Shown piece after piece: positions 22,343 to 27,893 of a DNA stretch of 27,893 nt. The stretch lies in assembly GCA_037443265.1 (NCBI GenBank), contig JBBIOR010000008.1:1-27893 (forward strand), read 5' to 3'. Source of the DNA: Candidatus Fraserbacteria bacterium. Its GTDB lineage: Bacteria; Bipolaricaulota; Bipolaricaulia; RBG-16-55-9. The notes beneath the pieces were generated by a model. It had not been told where the DNA came from, ran no database searches, and worked only from the letters and a program-made list of their open reading frames with translations. How positions within the stretch are numbered: position 1 is the first letter of the stretch; each line of letters opens with the position of its first letter. The position numbers and the translations under genes are program-made.

Positions 22343-25325
22343 ATGGGTACTGCTTCTGCTAGGATCGCTGCTGGGGGCGGCAGTTCTTGCCCCCAGGGAG
22401 AATCTGCCTGCCACGGGTTCGGAAGAGCCGCTCCAGCTGGCGATCATCTGGCATCAGCATCAGCCGCTCTATCAGAATCGAATGACCGGATTTTATGAAC
22501 TCCCCTGGACGCGCGTGCACGCCGTGCAGGAATACTTCGATAGCCCCAAGATCTTGCAGGAGTTCCCAGAGATTCGGGTCGCGTATAACTTGCAGCCCAG
22601 CTTAATCGCCCAGCTGGAAGATTACGCCCTGATCACCAGGGAGGAGGCCGCCCGCGGCGGCGTCTACGCCTATATGGGAGCCAGTGATCCCCATCTGGAG
22701 CTGGCCCTTAAGGAGCAATTGACACCCCAAGAGCGCGCGATTATCCAGACTCAGTTCTTCTGGATGAGCAACTACATCTTCAGCACGGACGGCCGCGTCA
22801 ACCCGTATAAAGATCTGCCTTCGGTGCAGCGCTATCGGGAGCTGCGCGCTCTGGCTGCCCGCCGGCCTCTCGACGAGGCTGAGCTTACGGATCTCAAGGC
22901 GCTCTTCCTCCTGTGGCAGACCAGCCCTGAGCTTCACGCCCCATATGGCCTGGAGCCCCTCAGAAGGAAGGCGTCCTTCACCCAAGACGATGTAGCTGCA
23001 CTCGTCCGTGCCCAGGGCGCGATCATGCAAGATGTCATAGCTCAATATCGGGCAGTGGCAGAGCGCGGCCAGGCTGAAATCTTGGGGAGCCCCTACTATC
23101 ATCCCATCCTGCCGCTTCTGCTTAGCCCCGGTTGGGAAGGCGTAAAGAAAGATCCTTGGCCCGACAGCGTACGTGCGCAGCTTAAGTTGGGAATCGCCCA
23201 ATATGAGCAGCTCTTCGGGCACAAGCCTGCGGGCCTCTGGCCGCCGGAACAGGCCGTCAGCCCCTCTATCATCCCGTTCGTAGCTGAGGCGGGTCTTAAG
23301 TGGCTGATCACAGATCAAGATCTCCTGGCCCGCGCCCTGGGACACACTCCCAACTTTGAGGAGCTTTACAGCCCTTACGTGACGGAAGAAGCCGGGCGAC
23401 GAATAATTACACTCTTCCGCGATAAGGAGCTTTCAGACCGGATCGGCTTCGTCTATGGCAGCTGGCCTACTGAGCAAGCAGTCGAAGATTTTTTGAAGTT
23501 ACTGCAACGGCGATACGAGGCGCTCGCCGATCGCAGCGAAAGGCTCGTCGTCGTAGCCCTGGACGGGGAGAACTGGATGTTCATGTCCGGCTACCCGGAC
23601 AACGGGCGGGCCTTCTTGCGCACCCTCTACCGAAAGCTGAGCGAGTCGGCCTCTTTCCGCACTCTCACGCCGACGCAGTTTCTAGCGGAGCACCCGGATG
23701 CCGCGTGGCCGCGCCTTGGGGAGCTACCCACCGGCTCCTGGAGCGGAGATCTTTCCACATGGCAGGGCGAGCCCGAGGAAGACGCCGCATGGAATCAACT
23801 GAAAGAGGCCCGACGAGCGGTTCTCTTTGCCGAGGCCGCCCAAGGCAGCACCCCTGCTCTGGAAGAAGCTTGGGAAGCCATCCGGGCCGCCGAGGGGAGC
23901 GACTGGTTCTTCTGGTATGGCACGGACTGGGACTCAGGTAACGATGAGATGTTCGATCGCCTCTTCAAGCTGCATCTCATCACAGCCTATAGGGCTATAG
24001 GCACGCCCGAACCCGAGATCCCGCAGGCACTCTTCGTCGTGAACTTGCCGCCTGTAGCGGCCGTGCTGGGGGAAGTCCAGCCGACTCTCGATGGCCAGGC
24101 CACAGCCGGCGAGTGGGAGGCCGCAGCCTTCTCTGCTGGCCCGAGCGGAGGGCCCATCACGGGCTTGGCGCTGGGAGTGAGCGGCGAGACGCTCTACCTG
24201 CGCGTCGATACGTCTGAGCCCGCCCGCAACTGGATCGGACAAGATCTCGTGCTTGGATTATATGCCAGCGGCACCCCTGAAATGCCGGTCAACGCCGCAA
24301 CCCGCTTCGGCGGAGCGCAATTGGGCTTCGGATTGGCCCAGGTCGCCCAAGTGCGCTTTGCGATTTTGGAGGGGAGCGGCCGGGGACATGTGTCGCGCTT
24401 CGTGGCCGATGGAAAGGGAGGCTGGCGCTTCGCCAGCGACATCCGCACACTCTTGAAGCGCCTCGTCGTCGCCGATGAGATCGTTGAGATGCAAATCCCC
24501 TACAGCGAGCTGGGCTTATCTCCGCAGAGGCAGGTCGCTTTGAGATTATCGCTCGAGCGGGAGCGGGGCGAGCAGGTGCAGGCCCTGCCAGGACGGCCCC
24601 TCAGCGTGCGCATCCCGCGCCGCATCAGCGGGGCGCTCTACGCCGTCTTCAGCGATCCTGCCGGTGATGACCACGGCCCCGGCACCTACACCTACCCGAC
24701 GGACCCAGCCTTTAGCCCTCAGGGCATCTTCGATCTACTGCAATATGACATCTACGAGAGTGAGCTCAGCTGGACGCTCGTCTTTGAGTTTGCGGCCCTG
24801 CCCAACCCCTGGAACTCGCCTCTGGGCTTCAGCCACCCCATCCTGAACGTCTATCTCGATGTCCAGCCCGGAGGCCTGACGGTCACCCATCCTGAGGGCG
24901 AGGCCATGCACGTGCGCTTCGCCGAAGAGCATCCTTGGGATGCCTTCCTGAAGATTGCCGGCTGGCCCGCTTATGGCAGGCTGCTCGCCACCTCCGATGG
25001 CCGGACGGCACCGATCGATGTCTCGTCAGATCCGGCTAAACGCCTGGTGATCGTCACGGTGCAGAAGGCGCTCGTGCCCCGCCTCTGCGGCTGGCACTAT
25101 GTGATGGTGGCCAGCCAGGATGGCTTCGCTCAAAATCACATCCGCCCGGTGCGCCAGCAGGCCGCTCAGTGGGTCGGCGGCGGTAACCCCCATCCGGACG
25201 TCGCGCCTCTAGCCTACGACTACTTGGCACCTCCCGGCTACACTCAAGAAGAGATCCTGAGCGGCTACGACCTCCAGCAGGGCACCTTCGCCCAGCTCGT
25301 GCCCACCCAAGTCCCCTGTCGCTGA
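22317..25325 (+). CDS. secreted GH57 amylopullulanase with C-terminal glucodextranase/DOMON-like domain
   Basis: Signal peptide from ATG 22317 (GAGGAGG SD); WHQHQP, PYYHPILPL, WPPE (nucleophile), LDGENW (acid/base), AEGSDWFFW; DPAGDDHGPGTYTYPT, NPW.SP.GFS. Confidence 0.9.
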   Translation: MRKWRKPSKWVLLLLGSLLGAAVLAPRENLPATGSEEPLQLAIIWHQHQPLYQNRMTGFYELPWTRVHAVQEYFDSPKILQEFPEIRVAYNLQPSLIAQLEDYALITREEAARGGVYAYMGASDPHLELALKEQLTPQERAIIQTQFFWMSNYIFSTDGRVNPYKDLPSVQRYRELRALAARRPLDEAELTDLKALFLLWQTSPELHAPYGLEPLRRKASFTQDDVAALVRAQGAIMQDVIAQYRAVAERGQAEILGSPYYHPILPLLLSPGWEGVKKDPWPDSVRAQLKLGIAQYEQLFGHKPAGLWPPEQAVSPSIIPFVAEAGLKWLITDQDLLARALGHTPNFEELYSPYVTEEAGRRIITLFRDKELSDRIGFVYGSWPTEQAVEDFLKLLQRRYEALADRSERLVVVALDGENWMFMSGYPDNGRAFLRTLYRKLSESASFRTLTPTQFLAEHPDAAWPRLGELPTGSWSGDLSTWQGEPEEDAAWNQLKEARRAVLFAEAAQGSTPALEEAWEAIRAAEGSDWFFWYGTDWDSGNDEMFDRLFKLHLITAYRAIGTPEPEIPQALFVVNLPPVAAVLGEVQPTLDGQATAGEWEAAAFSAGPSGGPITGLALGVSGETLYLRVDTSEPARNWIGQDLVLGLYASGTPEMPVNAATRFGGAQLGFGLAQVAQVRFAILEGSGRGHVSRFVADGKGGWRFASDIRTLLKRLVVADEIVEMQIPYSELGLSPQRQVALRLSLERERGEQVQALPGRPLSVRIPRRISGALYAVFSDPAGDDHGPGTYTYPTDPAFSPQGIFDLLQYDIYESELSWTLVFEFAALPNPWNSPLGFSHPILNVYLDVQPGGLTVTHPEGEAMHVRFAEEHPWDAFLKIAGWPAYGRLLATSDGRTAPIDVSSDPAKRLVIVTVQKALVPRLCGWHYVMVASQDGFAQNHIRPVRQQAAQWVGGGNPHPDVAPLAYDYLAPPGYTQEEILSGYDLQQGTFAQLVPTQVPCR

Positions 25326-25407
25326 AAGGAGGCTCGCGCACATCAAAGAGCTTCAAGCTTTCACCGAAGATGGTCATCTGGGTCTCACGTGGAGGGGCGA
25401 GCGGTGG

Positions 25408-27558
25408 GTGGGACGCCTGGCGCTGGGGCTCGTCGAAAATAAGCAGTGGCTCTGGAGCCACACGGGTGCGCTCCGGCTCCAAGCCCTACACGGGCTGCAT
25501 GGCGAAGATCCTCTAGGGGCCTACGAGGGCTTGGCCGCACGCTATGCGCTCGAGCAAGAGCTAGCTCTGGAGCTACGCCTCAAGCTCTATGGGGACTTCG
25601 CCGTCGCCGAAGCGGAAGCACTGAGGGACTTCTCCAGCACAGCTTTAGCCGACAGCTTCGTCGAGACGACCTTCAACGCCCCGGTGTTGCATCTCCGTGA
25701 GGGGGCCTTCTTGCTCTACAGCTGGGGCCTCAAAGATGCGCAGGAGTCCTACCCGGGAGGGGAGTGGCCCGAGGTCCACTTCGGCAAAAGCCCCGAAGAG
25801 CTACCCCACGGGCGAGCCTTTGCTCCTCTGGCCCTCTACGATGAGGAAGAACACTGCTTGGTCGTCTCACCGCTCAGTCACTTCTTGATCAGTCCGTTGC
25901 GGCTGATCCGAACGCCGCTGGGCCCGGCCGTAGCCCGCGGCCTCCATGGAAGCGTCGCGGCCGTGCCCAGGGGAACAGTGGTGAAGACGCTGCTCGTCTT
26001 CGGCCGGGGCCTCATCGCGACACTCTACGCCTGGGGCGATCTGCTCCTTAAGCTGGGCCGCAAGAGACGGATTGAGCCCTGGTCTCACCCCCTCTTGAGC
26101 CGCCTGGGATACTGGAACGCCTATGGGAGCTACTACACGGAGCTGCTCCACCCCATGAACGAGCGGATTCTGCTCGCTCTGGCTCGAGATTTCCAGATTA
26201 AAAACATCCCCGTGGGCTACTTCGGCCTGGATCTCTGGTACGAGTTTGAGGAGATCGGGCTGGCCAAAAGCTACCGACCCAGTGCGAAGAAATTCCCCCG
26301 GGGCTTGAAGGCCCTTCAGCAGAAGACAGGCCGGCCGTTCGTGCTCCATCTATCGGCCTTCAGCCGCCAGGCCTTCTCCGAAGGGGCTCGAGAGGGGCAC
26401 ATCCTGTGGGGGAAGCAGTCGGCCTGCCCTGTAAGTCGCGCCTTCTATCGCCGGCTGGCACGGCAACTCAAACAAGAGGGAGCCATAGCCGCCTGGCACG
26501 ATTGGCTACGCACCCAGCAGCACCTGGTCCCTGCCTTGAGAAGTCAGCTCGAAGCGGCAGATAGCTGGTTCGCCAGCCTCTGCACAGGGCTCTCAGATGA
26601 AGGGCTTCCCTTGATGCTGTGCATGCCGACGATGGGCTTCCATCTGGCCTCGACTCAACACTCCAACGTGATCGCAGCGCGGTCTTACACAGACTATCTC
26701 TTTAAAGTGACGGGCGCCGTCGCCCGGTTAAAAGAGCAGGGCCTCGAGATGGGCACCGTAACCCGTCAGGCGTATTTGAAGAACGAGCTTTGGCTGGGCT
26801 TGCTCCTCCACGCCCTGGGGCTACTCCCCTTCCACGATGTCTTCATCAGCCATCGCCGCCACCCGCAGGGCTTTGCCGAGCCTCAGGCCGTGCAGGAAGC
26901 GTGGTGGCGTCTGCTCAGCGCCGGCCCGGTCGGCTTCGGGGACAAGGTCGGAGAGGCCGATGTGAAGCTATTGAAGAGGCTTGTCCTGCCCGACGGCCTG
27001 CTGGCCAAGCCCGATCGGCCCCTCTGGCCGCTCGCCCAAACGCTCCACTCAGACGTCTGGGTAGCGTACACGGAGAGCCGGCCCGAAGAAGGGCCGCCTT
27101 GGCTCTACCTGACCGTGCTCAACATAGGCCACCAAAGCCGAGCTTACCTCCTAGAGCCAAGCAAGCTCCTCCCCCTTAAGAGCCCTTATCTCGTCTACGA
27201 CCCCGTGGGGGAGCAGATCGTCTCGGCCGTTCAAGGAAGATTATCCTCTGGGGAGGCACATCTTTACGTGCTGGTGCCTCAGATCGCCGGTGTGGTCGTC
27301 GTGGGCTTCCCCACGCTTGTACCCGCGCCGAGCTCACATGTGCGCCAGCTCCTAGCCGATAGTGACGGCGTGCGGCTCGATCTGCGCCTTCAGCCTGGGC
27401 TGCGCTACGAGCTCAGGGCCTGGAGCAACCAGCTCCTTGAGCTTCGCCCTGGCGGAGGAGCCGCCTCGGTAGTGGCCCGTGCCCCCACGGCCCATGGCCT
27501 ACGGCGCTGGGAGATCCAGCCTCATCAGCAAGAAGTCCAGCTTATGATGCTAAAATAA
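25408..27558 (+). CDS. uncharacterised protein, probable GH-D-clan-like (GH27/31/36-related) glycoside hydrolase
   Basis: Last gene of the mal operon. Ordered motifs GYWN.YGSYY, YFGLDLWY, KFPRGLK, HDWL, R.YTDY, PFHDVF, SAGPVGFGD, LVLPDG.L.KPDRP resemble raffinose-synthase/GH36-type barrels. Possible upstream ATC start at 25342. Confidence 0.6.
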   Translation: MGRLALGLVENKQWLWSHTGALRLQALHGLHGEDPLGAYEGLAARYALEQELALELRLKLYGDFAVAEAEALRDFSSTALADSFVETTFNAPVLHLREGAFLLYSWGLKDAQESYPGGEWPEVHFGKSPEELPHGRAFAPLALYDEEEHCLVVSPLSHFLISPLRLIRTPLGPAVARGLHGSVAAVPRGTVVKTLLVFGRGLIATLYAWGDLLLKLGRKRRIEPWSHPLLSRLGYWNAYGSYYTELLHPMNERILLALARDFQIKNIPVGYFGLDLWYEFEEIGLAKSYRPSAKKFPRGLKALQQKTGRPFVLHLSAFSRQAFSEGAREGHILWGKQSACPVSRAFYRRLARQLKQEGAIAAWHDWLRTQQHLVPALRSQLEAADSWFASLCTGLSDEGLPLMLCMPTMGFHLASTQHSNVIAARSYTDYLFKVTGAVARLKEQGLEMGTVTRQAYLKNELWLGLLLHALGLLPFHDVFISHRRHPQGFAEPQAVQEAWWRLLSAGPVGFGDKVGEADVKLLKRLVLPDGLLAKPDRPLWPLAQTLHSDVWVAYTESRPEEGPPWLYLTVLNIGHQSRAYLLEPSKLLPLKSPYLVYDPVGEQIVSAVQGRLSSGEAHLYVLVPQIAGVVVVGFPTLVPAPSSHVRQLLADSDGVRLDLRLQPGLRYELRAWSNQLLELRPGGGAASVVARAPTAHGLRRWEIQPHQQEVQLMMLK

Positions 27559-27739
27559 ACCCGTAAGCCGCCTTGATCTTGAGGTTTCCCCGCCACCGCG
27601 CATCTTCGAAAAGCGGTATTAGTGCCTACTATAACACCCAGCCCGGCAGCGTGAATAGATCACGCCAAGCGAGCAGAGCTGCCGTAGTCGCCACGATCCA
27701 GCCCAGATCTAATCCGCTGATCAGATACGCGCCCTCGGA

Positions 27740-27892
27740 TCACTGATCCTTGCGCCAGAGGGTCTCCATGAGATTGAAAGCAGCCTCGATGGTTTTAACA
27801 GCGCCCGTGTTGCCCAGAGTCGGCCGCGCCACCACCAGTGTGGCGGGACTGTAAAGCCAGATCACGGGAAGATTGTCAGAGAGCAGCCGCTG
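27740..27892 (-). CDS. C-terminal fragment of a probable peptide/nickel ABC transporter substrate-binding protein (family 5)
   Basis: Manually translated QRLLSDNLPVIWLYSPATLVVARPTLGNTGAVKTIEAAFNLMETLWRKDQ*; Q.ll.d.lP.i.Ly is typical of OppA/DppA C-termini. Confidence 0.6.
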   Translation of the reverse strand, partial: QRLLSDNLPVIWLYSPATLVVARPTLGNTGAVKTIEAAFNLMETLWRKDQ

Positions 27893-27893
27893 C

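Noticed and set aside
1..27893. CRISPR array, IS/integrase, prophage or defence genes
   Set aside because: No regularly spaced repeats or corresponding protein motifs seen.

Overview
GC-rich bacterial chromosomal window with no mobile element, CRISPR array, rRNA or tRNA that I can recognise. Left half is mixed housekeeping: a partial putative lipoprotein, an alpha/beta hydrolase, a secreted beta-lactamase-family serine hydrolase, a GlmU-like bifunctional nucleotidyl/acetyltransferase, a membrane-tailed M1 peptidase, panD, a GabT-like aminotransferase, corA and HU. Next come a CoA-transferase/acyl-CoA ligase/3-hydroxyacyl-CoA dehydrogenase operon and a GAF-GAF-PAS-GGDEF-EAL protein. The right half is a ROK-regulated maltodextrin/pullulan locus (malE/F/G-like, GH13, GH57 amylopullulanase, and an unassigned GH-D-clan-like protein). 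The most interesting signals are not in the ORF track and cluster on the minus strand at about 7480-9250. A near-consensus promoter drives a 17-aa Lys/Pro-rich micro-ORF with a very strong Shine-Dalgarno (SD), followed by hup, a 17-bp hairpin able to alternate with an anti-SD pairing, corA, and an 88-nt rod-like candidate sRNA with its own TATAAT and an anti-SD apical loop (CCCACCUCC). Other points: an AirS/YhcS-like Cys-x-Cys GAF domain on the c-di-GMP enzyme, two genes that appear to start at ATA/ATC, and two apparently leaderless secreted hydrolases. All calls come from reading the sequence by eye; no searches or folding programs were run.
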